DNA of 64,000 nucleotides from the NCBI RefSeq assembly GCF_009914755.1, contig NC_060933.1; one strand, 5' to 3'. A program made the translations under genes and the position numbers. The notes under the pieces are model-generated. The model saw nothing but the letters and a program-made list of their open reading frames with translations. It had not been told where the DNA came from and did no database searches. This DNA is from the human T2T-CHM13v2.0 reference genome, Homo sapiens. Shown here piece after piece: positions 1-20,705 of the stretch (position 1 is the stretch's first letter; each line of letters begins with the position of its first letter).

Positions 1-139
1 CTGATGATTTGAGGACCACTACTATATCCTGACAACCTCCCCACTTACAACTCATTAGAGACCTCTACCTTTAACAAACTATTTGCAGATATAGGTCACT
101 CACAGCCAGGGTACCTCAAAATAATCTTTAAAAGCACAT

Positions 140-2840
<2,701 letters not shown>

Positions 2841-2843
2841 CTG

Positions 2844-3136
2844 TTTTTTTTTTTGAGACGGAGTCTCGCTCTGTTGCCAGGCTGGAGTGCAGTGGTGCGA
2901 TCTCGGCTCTCACTGCAACCTCCACCTCCTGGGTTCAAGCAATTCTTCTGCCTCAGCCTCCCGAGTAGCAGGGACTACAGGCACATGCCAACCATGCCCA
3001 GCTAATTTTTGTATTTTTAGTAGAGACGGGGTTTCACCATATTGGCCAGGCTGGTCTCGAACTCCTGACCTCGTGATCCGCTTGCCTCAGCCTCCCAAAG
3101 TGCTGGGATTACAGACGTGAGCCACTGCGCACGGCC
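2844..3136 (-). mobile_element. Alu (AluS-like)
   Basis: T tract followed by reverse Alu consensus. Confidence 0.95.
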
Positions 3137-3160
3137 TGTAGGCCATTTTTACGTGATTAC

Positions 3161-3307
3161 TGCACCTGTAGCCCTCGCTACTTGGGAGGATAAGGTTGGA
3201 AAACCCCTGAGCCCAGGAGTTCAAGGTTACAGTGAGCTATGATTGTGCCACTGCACTCCAGCCTGGGAAACAGAGCAAGACCTTGTCACTAAAAAATAAA
3301 ATAAAAA
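3161..3307 (+). mobile_element. Alu right monomer (FRAM/AluJ-like)
   Basis: Single arm with A-rich tail. Confidence 0.85.
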
Positions 3308-3565
3308 TATTTTATTTTATAAAAATAAAATATTTTAATAAAATTAAAATACAATGGCTTATGGTTAACTTTAAGTTATACATGCCTCAATAAAATAATA
3401 CCAAAACAAATCATGGTCTAACAACCTAAAATATTTTAAACAATTTATTTTCCACTCAGAAACCATCATAGGTTTTTAAATAGATTCAAAGCTGTTTCAT
3501 CATAGCATTTTTTAAAAAGCTACTCTCCAAAATACTTCAAAGAGTAGTATTAATAGAATGCCCTA

Positions 3566-3682
<117 letters not shown>

Positions 3683-4169
3683 TTATTAAGAATTAACATT
3701 TTTAGTGAAATAAAAACCTAGTACTTGTTTTTACAAAACTCAGTTTTGTAGTTTGACAGAACAATCTGGTATATATATTAGTTACAGAATTACTTATCAG
3801 GCAAAAAAAAAAAAATTTAAGTCCATTAGATAAACTTCAAGATTTCTCAAAATTAAGTTCATCCCTGCTCTCAGAGGCCCCTGGTCAAATGGATAGGGTA
3901 CATGCCTGCCTACCTTTAATGGGGTTCTATTAAAGAGAGTCTATTGTAACGTATACCAAAGGTCTAAAACCATCCCGAACTCAAACCATCTACTTCACCC
4001 CAGAATGACCAGAATTAGGCATAGATCTCAAAGCCATAAAGTCTGCCTTGGTTTCTTGAAAATACCACCGGGCGTGAACTCTCTCCCAAGAAAGAGAATG
4101 GCCCAAAAGAGCACAGCAAAACCATCAATGTCTCCTCCTCAGTGTATAATGCAAAAATGTTTACAAGTT

Positions 4170-4537
<368 letters not shown>

Positions 4538-5395
4538 CTAGAACCTCATAAAACATCCCTGCCTGCCTGCCTCCCTCCTCTGCCTTCCCTGAGTTCAAAA
4601 TGAGTCATATCTGACATACGGGTTCTTGCAGATAAATTCCTCTATCATTCCAACTCAACAAAGCTAGAGAATAATGCTTTGTTTGACATCAAACGAAGAC
4701 AGAGACATAGCTGTTTTTTATTTTATTTTTAACAATAAGTAGTAGCTCTAGAAACTACTTTAAGGCTATCTGCTGCTCTGGGTTACTGAATTGTGTTGTT
4801 AAATTAGAACTTAGTGTTTCCATTGGCTCAAACTTGGGAGATGAAAGTCTCAACCATAAGTACCACGCTAAAAAATCAACATCTGAGCAGCCACCCAGCT
4901 AACATAACAGGGAACCCATTACTCTGAGCAGCTCTGACATGAATCATCCTTATGTGGAAAAGAGATTTGTCTCTCTGAAGCTAACTCACAACTCTGACAT
5001 CTCTCCCTCATGGTTACAGAGATCTGTTTAAAGCACTCTTTCACAGGACAGTCCTTCAAATATTAGAAATAGGCTTTCATGTCTTATATCCTCCTTACCT
5101 CTATCTCCTTCCCACCCTAGAGCCCCAGTTCCCTCCTCTTATCCAGAGTAAACATCTCTAGTTCCTTTAACTGGTTCTCACACATGTCTCTGAGCACCTC
5201 TTATCGTTGACTGCTTATCTATATCTTCCCCTAAGTATGACACTCAGAAATGATATGAGAATCCAAGGGTGCTCTACTTTTTAAGATGTATTGACTTTTA
5301 AAAGGACCTTTTGGAAAATGAACATAATTAAAGACATTTTAAAGCACATCATTTTCATTAAAATTTAATGAAAGATTAAAGCATAACATTTTCTA

Positions 5396-5695
<300 letters not shown>

Positions 5696-7289
5696 TTATA
5701 CAAAATCTGTAAGTGTCTATACAGCAGGAATGCTCTGGACATAGCACAGAAAAGATGAAGGTTGATGGTGTCAAAGAAACGTACCTAGGTTCTCCTCGTT
5801 TGGAGAACCTAAGTTTTGAAATACTAGGCATTTGAAATCTCATGTAGTAATATTAAATAGTTGTTTAACAAAAGATACATAGTTCAAAACCCATCTTATA
5901 CACAAAAATGCTTGAGATAAAATATTCAAAGCATAAACCATGGATTTAAATTAAGAATCTAATCTTATGGAATTCCTACAGTTTTCTCTGTTGATCAATG
6001 TTTAGAAAAGAAACGGAAAGAAAAGAAAAAAACAAGAAAAGGAAAGCTTTCCAAAAAGAATCAGGTTAAAAGATTCTATTTCAGCTTATAAAATATGCTT
6101 GTTACTGGGGAAATAACTCTGTAAAAGTTAGAAAGCAGCCAGCTGAAGTGTGACCCTGCTGAAATAATCTAGGCAACAAATGATTAGAACCTAATCCAGA
6201 GTTATGATGCACCAGCTGAAGAAGTGTGCCTGAAAAAAATATTATTAGAGGAACAAACAGCAGGACTTCAGAACAGAAGAATCAGCCAGGATACCCTCTT
6301 CAGTTCTTCCTACACTAAAGTTAAATGACCCTAGAGCTTAAGACGCATCAAAAGAAACCAGCGTAGCCTACACAGAAACTCATATTTTAATAGAACATTT
6401 ATAAAACACAGAGGGAATACATAATCCAGAACACATCTGAGCACAAAGACCTTAATTAACATAAGACCAAGAAGCTAAAAGTCAAGTATGACATGAACCT
6501 TGCCAAAAAAAAAAGCAAATTAAGACAAAAAGAAACTTCGAGCTATATAATTCAGAGCATGAAGAAAAAAGAACTGATGGGATTACTAAAAAAGACAGAA
6601 AAAAACTATCTCCTACGTTATTTTGGTCAAATCTATCAATACAAATAATCTTCGCATCTTAAAAATGTTTATAGCTTCTAACCTCAGAATTCAACTTTCA
6701 GACTTTATCCTTACTAAATAATGATAAATTTTGAAAAAGTTTTAAATATAAAGAAGCTCATCAGAGTATGATTCAGAACAGTGAAAAAAGTGATTACCTA
6801 AAAGGTCAACAACTGGGAAATGATTACGATTCACTCAATAAAATGTTATGCAACCATTAAAATCACTTCTTAAAAACAAAGACTATATAGTTTAAAAACT
6901 CACAATATCATATTAAGTTAGAAGTAAAATACAAAAAATACTTGTGCTGTGATTACATCTACTATATGGTGGGAGGAAAAGAAAATGTACTAAGAAGTTA
7001 GTGGCTGTATTTGGGTGGTAAAATTTTGTTTTTCCTTTCACTTTTTTCTGTATTTTCCAGACTGCCTTTAATAAGCACTAATTCTTTTATAATAAAAAGG
7101 ACATTAAAATATTTCTTCAAGTAACTCTATCAGATGAAATATTAAAGAGCTTTGAAGCTCAAAAATATGAGGACATGGGAAGTGAGACTACAGCTGCTTC
7201 AAAAAGTCCAGTCTTGCTGGACCAGACCAATTAACCCTGGGAATTCAAAGAATTTGAGATCTGATTGCAGAGCATAGAAAAAAATCTGA

Positions 7290-7520
7290 GTACAATAATA
7301 GTACACTTATATAACACTCCTATGTGCCAGGCCCTATTCTAATGCTTTATGTATACTAACTCATTTGATCCTCATAACCCCACAAAATAATATTATTATG
7401 ATCCTCATTTTACACATGAAAGAAACCCAGATTTCAGAGAAGTGACTTGCCCAAGGCCACAGCCAATAAATGACAGAGGCAGGATTAGAACCCAGGAATC
7501 TGGCTCCAGAGTGCACTTTT
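7290..7520 (-). mobile_element. MIR
   Basis: MIR core (cattttacacatgaaagaaac...gtgacttgcccaaggccacagc). Confidence 0.8.
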
Positions 7521-7649
7521 CTAATCTTAAGGAGAAAGAAGCATGGTGCTAGAATACTAAAGATAAGCAAAAGCTGCTCAGATTTTCACAAGGGAAAATA
7601 AAAACAGTCAATTTAGACAACTACAACTTGTTGAAATTAAAAAAAAAAT

Positions 7650-8390
7650 CCACAGTAAATGGATAGTCTTCAGAGGTACGTCAGTTAGCCCCACCCTATT
7701 AAACATTACGTCAGTCACTTAGATGAAAGACTAGAGGCACAATAACAGAAAAAACTGATTTTACACAAATCAGTTATACAAAACTGAGTTGTCAATAAAT
7801 ATTGAGATAATCTATCATGATTCAAAAAGATATCCTGAAGCCAGAACAATGGGCTAATCCAAACAAGATTAAACTATATGAAAAGAAATGCAAAGTTCTG
7901 CTTCGAGATTCAAAACTCAACTGTACAAGTATGGAATGGAAAGAGAACATCTGAACCACTTTTCAGTTCAGTATGAGTCAGCCTATGACTAGTAGAAGCA
8001 CTTATTTCTAAAAGTACAATACTCGTATCAGGGAAAGTGATTGTTTCAATTAATTTTGCGCTACCAAACCACACAACAAAATTCAGCCTGGGAAAGGAAA
8101 TAGAAATCACAACATGATAATATAAATGTAGCTAGGGGAAAAAGAAAAAAAAAGTTTTGCTCAGAAAAGAGAAGGAAATATCAAGATTTTGTAGCTATCT
8201 TCAAATAATTTTTAAAATGTCATCTGGGAGAGGCATAAGACTTGATTTTCTGTGGTTCTGAGAGCAGAAATACGTGGGAATTAGGAAATAACACAGCTCA
8301 GTAAAAGGACAGGTTTTTCCAATAAACTATAGCTATCTACAAATGGAATAATCATTACTAAAAGTGTTTGAGCAAACGTTGAACAGAGAT
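7650..8390 (+). mobile_element. L3/CR1 LINE remnant
   Basis: gattcaaaaagat...gaacaatgggct...aacaagattaaa...aaatgcaaagttctgc resembles the CR1 ORF2 3' consensus. Confidence 0.6.
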
Positions 8391-9299
8391 GACAAAGTAA
8401 GTACTACCCTTAGTAAGAAGCTGAACTGGAGGTCACAATTTATACAGTACCTCCAAGAAGTTTTTGTTTCTTATCTGTATGCATAAGGAATTAGTATCAT
8501 TTGCAAGGAGAGAAAAAATAAGAGACTGCATACTTCAGATTTTTTAAGAGAAATTTATTGTCTAACAAGAAGCATGTATTTTCATCTATCAACCTGAAAC
8601 TCACAGATTACCTCATTCCAGTTTAAAATAACCATTTTAAAATATACTCCCCAATTCTACTTTTAGGAGTGTTTTACAGAAGCACACTGTGCAGACACAT
8701 ATAAAAATATTCACTTGCCATTTACAATATAAAAAATTGAGAACTTAAATATCATTTTATAGTGAACTGTTTAAATAATGCTATCTCCAAAAATTGAGTA
8801 ATTAGTCAGACTTTCAACAGTATGATGAACATCAATATACAGTGCTACAGTGTCAATTTATTCGTGTGTAAATTTATAATGGTGAAAATATACTCAACAA
8901 AAAATGTTTTAAAATATTATCTCTAGATGGCAGATTTCAAGGAGTAATCTGCTTCTTTATGTTTTATTACAGGTGCTCAATTTTCTACTAAGGTTACGTA
9001 GTATCTTTATAAACAGAAAAAGAAGTATTTTTAACCTTTAGGAAATTCTTTTGGCTTCTGGATTTTTTCCAGTATTTTGAAGTGTTTCCTCAGAAAAGAT
9101 TCGCAGAAGTAATATTAGTTCAAGAGGTAAGGCCATTTATAAAAACACTTTAGAGTTTATATTAAGCCCATTATGATTATACAATTACCAATGGTTAAAA
9201 ATGTTTATCAAAGTATTCTAATACAAATTCAGAGCTAAGAAAATCTGTTGAAAACATTTTCTAAAAGGCATGGTGGGGGAGGGGGAGAAAAAAGATTTA

Positions 9300-9630
<331 letters not shown>

Positions 9631-9864
9631 CGTATATCTCTAAGTGCTAATAAGGAAAGATGGCCACAGTACAATGATAAATGAAAAGAGCAAGGTACAG
9701 AGCTATATGTATGTTATCTCATCTTTGTTTTAAAAAACAAAAAACAAAAACCTTCTACTTTATATGTTCACATGGACAAAGAAATGAATTTAGGAGCCTT
9801 TACATCAAGCAGTTAATAGTAACATCTGAATAGTGGGAATAGTGGTAGAGAAAAGGGATAATTC

Positions 9865-10330
<466 letters not shown>

Positions 10331-10876
10331 CTAGTCTAGGACCTCTTAGGAGTTTTTTAATTCTTAAATCTTCACTAACACGGAAACATGAGGTTAACAA
10401 GTCAACTTTATATATGTTTAGCCTCTGAGCAAACCTATTCAAGTGTGAATTTTATTCCAGGCATTAAATCAATGAGCCACAGTTACAGATAAGAGGGCAT
10501 ATTTTTCCAAACTTATGTTCTCCAAAACAACATGTCCTTTTCAAAATATACATTCCATAGTCGTTTTTATAGCACCAATGTGCTAGACACTACATAAGAC
10601 TGCATAAAATTTGGCAACATTTACTTAGCACTTCAAGTAAAGGGAACTAATAGGCAATCACATTTTCCTTTCATTTCACACGATTATCCACATATACTTT
10701 TCTGGTTAAAAAACATATTAAATGTAGAAAACATTAAGTAGAGACTCTGCCTTTTCAACCATCTTTGTTTCATTTATTGTCATCTGGGTATTAACTGGAA
10801 AAACAACTTGGTTGCTTCTGTTACATATTTTTGCAGAACAGTTTCCCAAGCTTTTTTTAGAGAGAATAAAACTACA

Positions 10877-11209
<333 letters not shown>

Positions 11210-12068
11210 CTAATCATAGCCTCAAGCAGCAACTGCTTCAGGTCCTTAAATTATCCACTTAATTCTAATGTGAAAACCATTCTCTTTGTCATATGGCAAC
11301 TTAGAGTCAACATTTTTATATTCAAAGTCTTTAACTGAGAAAACTAAGCACTAGAAACTTTCCTCTCCTTGTTTCTTGCTGCCAGGCAAGCAGAAACAAA
11401 CCTAGAAATGTGTTTAAAAGTAGAACGGTGTCAGCAGTGAATGGCTGACTAACGTCCACTGCTGAAGAGCCTCTTGTGATGTGTAAAATAGAACATCGTG
11501 AAATCTTAGAAATTGTTCAAGCCAACCCCTCACTTTATGCAATTGGGACTGAATGTCCCAGAGGAGGGCCCTGGTCTGCCCAAGGTCACAAAGTTAGTTA
11601 CTGGCAGAGCCAAGTTTAGAACTTCAGGTGTTTTTATCTTTCAGCCACTACTCTCTCCACCTCCTGCTTCTTTAAAAAGATGGGAACAATGGGATCAGAG
11701 ACCACAGAAAAAACAAATCTATTACTACTGCAAAAAACTAAATGGTCTTCAAATTCTCCACCAAGTCTAAATTAACAGAATGAGGAAGATCAGAATGCCC
11801 CCCAACAGAGAGGAATGGTGGAGCAGGGCACGCCATCAGCTTTTTCAAATTTACCTTGCACAGCTCCACCATGGGAAGATGCCAAGAACTGAGTAACATG
11901 TGAACCTGGTGCAACAGCTGATTTTTTTTTAGGTGTTCTGAAATCACTTACTAAGTCAGTGCAATCTCCTAACATATTTGAAACTGCTGAAAAAGAATTA
12001 CTCATCCCATAAATGATTAGTGTTTCACTTGTAAGAAGCACGGAGTTTTAGGAGACTGAAGAAATCTA

Positions 12069-12435
<367 letters not shown>

Positions 12436-12568
12436 AACATAGGTCCCAAAGACACTAAAAAGGAAAATTGATGGGACCTGGAAAACTGCATAGATATACA
12501 AATAAAAGGGAAGAAAGAAGAGGGACGAATAAGGTTTCTAGATGACTAGAATGCTGATATTTTTCTGA

Positions 12569-12906
<338 letters not shown>

Positions 12907-13449
12907 TAAAAATAATTAAACACAATGTATTAGGGAAAACTTTTTAAAAATCCTTATTGAAGGTTACTACAGAGTTTTGATAACAGCAGGACTTCAACTG
13001 CTGCTAGGTCTATTGAATGCCATTTACTGACAGCATCAACAGTTCTCTGAATTAGTTTTCTCACATATGAAATCCCTCCCTCCTAGCTCATAAGACATTG
13101 AGAGAATGAAATAACACCCATGTAAAAGAACCTAATCTAGTGCCTGGGACATGGCAGATGCTCAAAAGTTGGATCTTAAATGGATGAACTGTCAAGTCAT
13201 CAAAACAGGGATTCGCTTAAAGGTAACTTTTCTCTCTGCCTCTCTCATCTATACTGCTCTTCAGCAGCAGGCTCATGGTTAAAGTAGCCTAGAAAGCATA
13301 AAGACCATGTTCTATAACCAGACAGCCCTGCTTGGGCTCATAAAGCCAAACCGCTGTGAACTGTGGGATGGAAAAGGTCCAGAGTGGGCCTCCTGCCCAG
13401 TCACATAACCTACTTTCACTTAATGCCAGGCCTTAATCTGCACTTTCTT

Positions 13450-13894
13450 TCTTATTTTAAAAGACTGGGGGTGGGGGAGGTCTCACTATGTTGCCCAGGC
13501 TGGTCTCAAACTCCTGGGCTCAGACAATCCTCCTCCCTCGGCCTCCCAAAGTGCTGGGGTTACATTAAGCCACTGTGCCTGGCCTTTAATCAGCACTTTT
13601 TTTTTTCTTTTTTTTTGAGACAGGGTATTGCTCTGTCACCTAGGCTGGAGTGTACTGGCACAATCTCAACTCACTGCAACCTCCAACTCTTGGGTTCAAG
13701 AGATTGCCTCAGCCTCCCGAGTAGCTGGGACCACAGGTGTGCGCCACCATGCCTGGCTAATTTTTTGTATTTTTAGTAGAGACGGGGTTTTACCATGTTG
13801 GCCAGGCTGATCTCGAACTCCTGGCCTCAAGTGATTCACCTGTGTGGGCCTCCCAAAGTGCTGGGACTACAGGCGTGGGCAACCCCACCTGGCC
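13450..13894 (-). mobile_element. FLAM monomer (13450-13584) followed by a full Alu (13597-13894)
   Basis: Reverse Alu consensus; shared target-site sequence. Confidence 0.9.
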
Positions 13895-14175
13895 TTAATC
13901 AGCACTTTTGGATAAGAGCAAGGACTCCTTGTCTTCTCAAGTACACCTCACCCCCATCCAACCATCCATCCTTAAGTGCTGCTTGAGCAGAATGCAATTC
14001 CATGCCTTGTTTTTCTTAAACTCAGATTGACCTGAAGGTTCTTTCAAATTTAGCCCTTCTACCACTCCCTACTCACAAATACTTAACTCATACTTTTATG
14101 TTGAGTTTGTTTTTTTTTAACCCTCTCTCTTTTTCCTTGCTCCCAACACTTGAGCCAAACAGCTGAATTTCAAGG

Positions 14176-14497
<322 letters not shown>

Positions 14498-16212
14498 TAA
14501 AAAATCATTAATTAGTTTGACCTTCTTTCTCCCACTCCCAGGTCTAATCAGTGTTGGCCCCTACTTCTCTTCCACTCATCCACAACCCACAAATGAAATA
14601 CAAAGATGAGGGTTTATCTTCAGTAAAAAGATACTCAAAGGTATACGCCGAGCTGTGGATGTTTCTTTACAAGTGCTCAACTCTTTCCACTGAGTATCTG
14701 AGAGAGACTGGTAGAAATGCCTCATAATCATGCCAAATTACTTAGGTATTCAACTTCTTACTCTAGCATGAAAATATACTATTTACATGTGGCAGGCCTT
14801 TCTTTTCTACTTTCCTATAGTTTGATGGATATGCTCCTTGAGCAGTATCAACAGTCAAAAATGTTAGCAGAATCTATAAATGTGTCTTTGACAAAACTGA
14901 ATTTCTTCAGGAAAATAACCAAGCTTATTTTTCTTAGAACATAGTGTTCTGCCTTCTAGCTAAGAAGCATTCGATCCACTTAACTGAATTGTGAAACTGC
15001 AAGATAAAGGATAAAGAGCGCTGAACTGGGCCTCCATAAAAGTGAACCACAGATTTGCTCATGAGCTGTGTGACTTTGGACCAATCACATTCTCTGGGCC
15101 TGTGGCCCACAACGGATGAGTCATGAACATTTATCTGTTTGTCTGTCATCTCCATTAGAATATGTTCATATAGGATTATATGTACCGTGAAGACGGGACC
15201 TGTATCTTAGTCCTTTTTTAAACCTCTCACAAAGCCCAACACCTAACATATGCTCGATCAACTTTAAACATGAACCAAGAGGTGGTATTGAGGGAACAAG
15301 AGAAGAAGGGTGTTTTGGGTCATTCATCACTCTGCCAATAACCTCAGGCAAGCCAAAACACCGCTAGACAGATAAGGGGAATTAATATTTTCCAACTTAA
15401 TGACGTCAAGGTACACTGAACTTTATTTCACTGACAAAAGAAGTGAATCAATTTGTAAATGGTACTGTTTATGAATCAATTGGCATTCTTACGCACTAAA
15501 TCTCCACTTGTTTTTAACAGTCCCCAGTTAAATATGTGGATAATTAACTAGTCCACAATATAGTCTGAGTTAGGAATTGTGTCACTAGATTACCTTTGAA
15601 ATCTTTCCAATTCTAAAGCTCCCTGGTTTTGTAAGAGTAAGCTCAGGTTAATCCAAGCATCACAAATCTACGTCTCTCCCCTTCACGCGGTCAGCTGCTT
15701 TACTCCAGGCGGGAGGAGGTGTGCTGTGGTACACCAGTCCCTGCACAACAAAAGCAGTTACCTAAAAGTAAAGCGTGGAGAGGAAGAAGCACAGGCAGCT
15801 CAGCACCCAGTGCCTTGCACAAATTATACAGGAATCACCTGAACTGAGAGGCAGCACCAGCCAGTGAAGCAAGCTTTGTTTTAGGACTTGTAAGAAATCT
15901 AAGACACCCAAACCCCTCTTTGTCCCTAAGTAGCCCTAGCCTGGTAAGAGGTCACCTTTCCTATCTGCAGGATGGCAAGTTGGCCTAGAATCTCTAAGGT
16001 CCCTTCCAGCTCTGACATTCAGATGCGCAGAACTGAGGGTGGCCGAAGCACCCCCGCCCTCTCCAACCAGAAGTAAAACCAAGCCCCACTGCCATGCTCT
16101 GAGGCCTCTCTCTGCAAAGCGAAATAACGATTCTCAATCCAGGGCACTGTCCCCCTAAGAGGGCCTATTAGGATTGAAACAAGGCGGAAAGCAGGGAGGC
16201 TGTTTCAAATCA

Positions 16213-17135
<923 letters not shown>

Positions 17136-17264
17136 GAAGGGGAAATGGGGAAAACGCCTCCGCCTCCTTGGTGTCCGCAAGGTCCTGCTAACAAGTTTGC
17201 AGGGTCTATATCTTCCTGGGGGGGGGGGGGGGAAGCTCCTTTCACTCATTCGTTAATGTCAATT

Positions 17265-17274
17265 TCTCGCGAGG
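17265..17274. promoter_or_regulatory. TCTCGCGAGA-type (BANP/'M8') promoter motif, 9/10 match
   Basis: TCTCGCGAGG; a partial copy GCGCGCGAGA sits at 17059-17068. Confidence 0.55.
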
Positions 17275-17454
17275 CGAGATCCCAAAAGGCGCCACATTCA
17301 GATATTAAAACCCAAGCTGCATACTAGAATACCGTGGGGGAGTACTTTTAAAGAACCAATGCTCCGATTCTGTTTTACTGATTTATTTAACAGATATTTT
17401 TAAAGTGTTTTCTTTGGTGTATCTGACAGGATTTTAAATAGAGATTACCATATA

Positions 17455-17665
17455 ACAGGCCCTATTCTAAGTGGCTCACTCCTATTAACTCATTTAATCC
17501 TTAGAACAACCCTACAAAGAAGGTGTTATTATCCTCATTTTACCAACAGAAAAACTGAGACAGAGCCGTTAAGTACGCAGCCAGAGTCACACAGCTACCA
17601 AGTGGCACAGGCAAGATTCAAACTCAGGGATTCTGGCTCCAAAGGCTATACTTTTATCTACCATA
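17455..17665 (-). mobile_element. MIR upstream of the TMEM245 promoter
   Basis: ctcatttaatcct...aacaaccct...cattttacc...aaactgagacagag MIR core. Confidence 0.8.
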
Positions 17666-18788
17666 GTATTTGGCCTGAGGAAAGAACTCTTGGCATTTTT
17701 CAAACGTTCCTCATAAGCCTGTAATTTGCAGCCGCTGTTGACAACTGTTTGTGCAGGTTTCGCTGTGGACGCAATCTAAACTCTTAAAAGAGTCGTAGAT
17801 CAAAGTCTCAAACTGCCACTGTTTCTTTTTGAGACTTGATGTAATGTCAGTTAAGCCCCCAATCTCAAGTTTTCCTCTGTCACATGGCGATGATAATAAT
17901 AATAGCTTTTGCTTTAGGGTTATTGTGTGGGGGAAGGGAAACTCTGGGGCGGTACAAGGTGCTTCTGTTCCCCTATTGGAAAAGTGCTGGGATCCAAGCC
18001 TGCTACCCATAAAATATCCCAATCAACATTTTGATTTAAAAAAAAAAAGAAAGCCTTGACTGAGTACTCAACATGTGATTGCTTCAAACCTTGCAAGTTG
18101 TCCCTTTCCTGTTTCAATAGTATTCCTATTAATTTCTACATAATTTTTGTTTCCCTTCTAAAGCAGACAAGACAGGTAACATAATCCACAGTTTGCAGAT
18201 AAAGAAACTATTGCTTGATAGATTTGGAGACAAAGGGATTTAGTAAAGGAAGTAAAGGAAAAAGTAATTCCCTATCCATCTCGATTGTAAGTTTTAGGTC
18301 TCAGTATTTCAGATGGCCTTTGGAGTTTTATAACCAAAACGCAGGTTTAGTCGCTCACCACTTGCAGATTCCAATTAACAAGAGCAAGGTCTGGTATAAA
18401 GAAAGTGATGTATTCCAAAGCTAGCTTAGGGGAAGAAGTACAGGTTTCCTCCCTAAGGCTACTGCTTCAATTGTGGAGCAGAAAGCAGGCACTTTTAAAG
18501 CGAAGGAAGCAAGCAGTTGTCGGGGGAGGGGTCTGCATGCCTTATCTACTGGGTGGTCAAGCTGGTGACTGCTGGCACCTTCGTTGGCAGGACTAAGCCA
18601 AAAACCCCTCAGATGGAAGAGAGTTTCATATTTCTCAAGGCAGTCTCCCGGTGGGAGGGAGTTTTGTAGAAATTGGATGTTATCTCTTGAGTTCCTTTCT
18701 GGAGCTCCTAAGCACATAGTTAGATGAACTTGCCCTGTAGGGACTGTCTGGTGAAGACAACGTAAAAGGCTATATTTACCTTTATTAA

Positions 18789-19103
<315 letters not shown>

Positions 19104-19622
19104 TAAGTAGGAAGGGAGAAACTGGGGGAGTGAGAAAAGAAGAGAGAAAGAAAAAATAAACTCTGTCTCAGAAAAAATGAGGGTACTCAGTTACAGTTTG
19201 ACTCTGTAAATATTTTTCTTTCAGTTGTTCCTACATTGTACTTTGCTTCTTTATTTGTTCAGGCTTTCTGGGATTATGATTACAAAGTATGGTCACATTT
19301 GCCTTCAGTCCATGTTACACTGACTTAAGCTCCCATCTACATAATAGCAAAGGCCTCAACCTCCTTCCTAAAAAGTCCTTGGTGATTTCTATGGGGGGGT
19401 CCCAAAAGGGGTACCTCACATATACCCAGAGACATGAGTCAGCTGCTACCAACCACCCTGCTGCCCACACAGCTCACTGAGTCTAGTGCCCATCGGAAGA
19501 TTTCCAGTGCCTGTATCATTATCCCCAAATCCTACATACTCCCAAACTTCTAACCCTCAAGGTACCAAAACAGAGCTGGGTTTAATCCTGATAAGGGGAA
19601 GAAGTCTTTCTCCCTCACTTGA

Positions 19623-20031
<409 letters not shown>

Positions 20032-20519
20032 TAGTTCCTTCCATGTCTGGACTTCAGTCCTCTAACCACATGGGTTCAAAACCCTTCCAATGGGTCAGTG
20101 AGGGAACAAAGACTGAACCCTCCTCTCTGTCCTACTCCAACCAAAGACTCTCTTCCTCTAGTTACAAAATGAGAGCTCCCAAGTTACGCAACAGAAGCAT
20201 TTATCAGTGGATGCAAGCCGAAACGGGACAGGACATGGGGTGTTAATCCTGCCTAAATTGTGTTGGGCCACAGTTTAGCAACAACTCAGCAAATCAAAAA
20301 AATGCCCTGTCATGGTGCTTTGCTTCCAAGTCTCAGTGAAAGTGAAAATTGCTGAACATTTCAAGATTGTTCTAATGGCCAAAGCCGTAGGACTGACAGG
20401 TGTCACTCAGCATTTCTAGTCAATGGAACTCTAACAGAAATGAAGGCTGAAGCACTAGAATCTAACTAGACTAGTCTTTATGTGGCCTAGCACAAGGCTG
20501 GGTTCACACAGGGTTTCAC

Positions 20520-20705
20520 TCACCCCTCCTGTGATTGTCCTCACCACACTGCAGTCAAAGTTAGTGGTTTCTGTGTCTGTCTCCCTACAGAGCCCCTTGA
20601 GAGCAGGGACTGGGCTTTCTTCATTTCCGTGGGCCCAGCACCTGGCACAGCATAGGACGTACTGAGTAGGAGCTAAGTGTTTGCTGAGCAAAAGAATGAA
20701 TGAGT
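20520..20705 (+). mobile_element. L2 3' end
   Basis: gagcccttgagagcaggg...cccagcacctggcacagcatagg...gtttgctgag...gaatgaatga. Confidence 0.7.
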
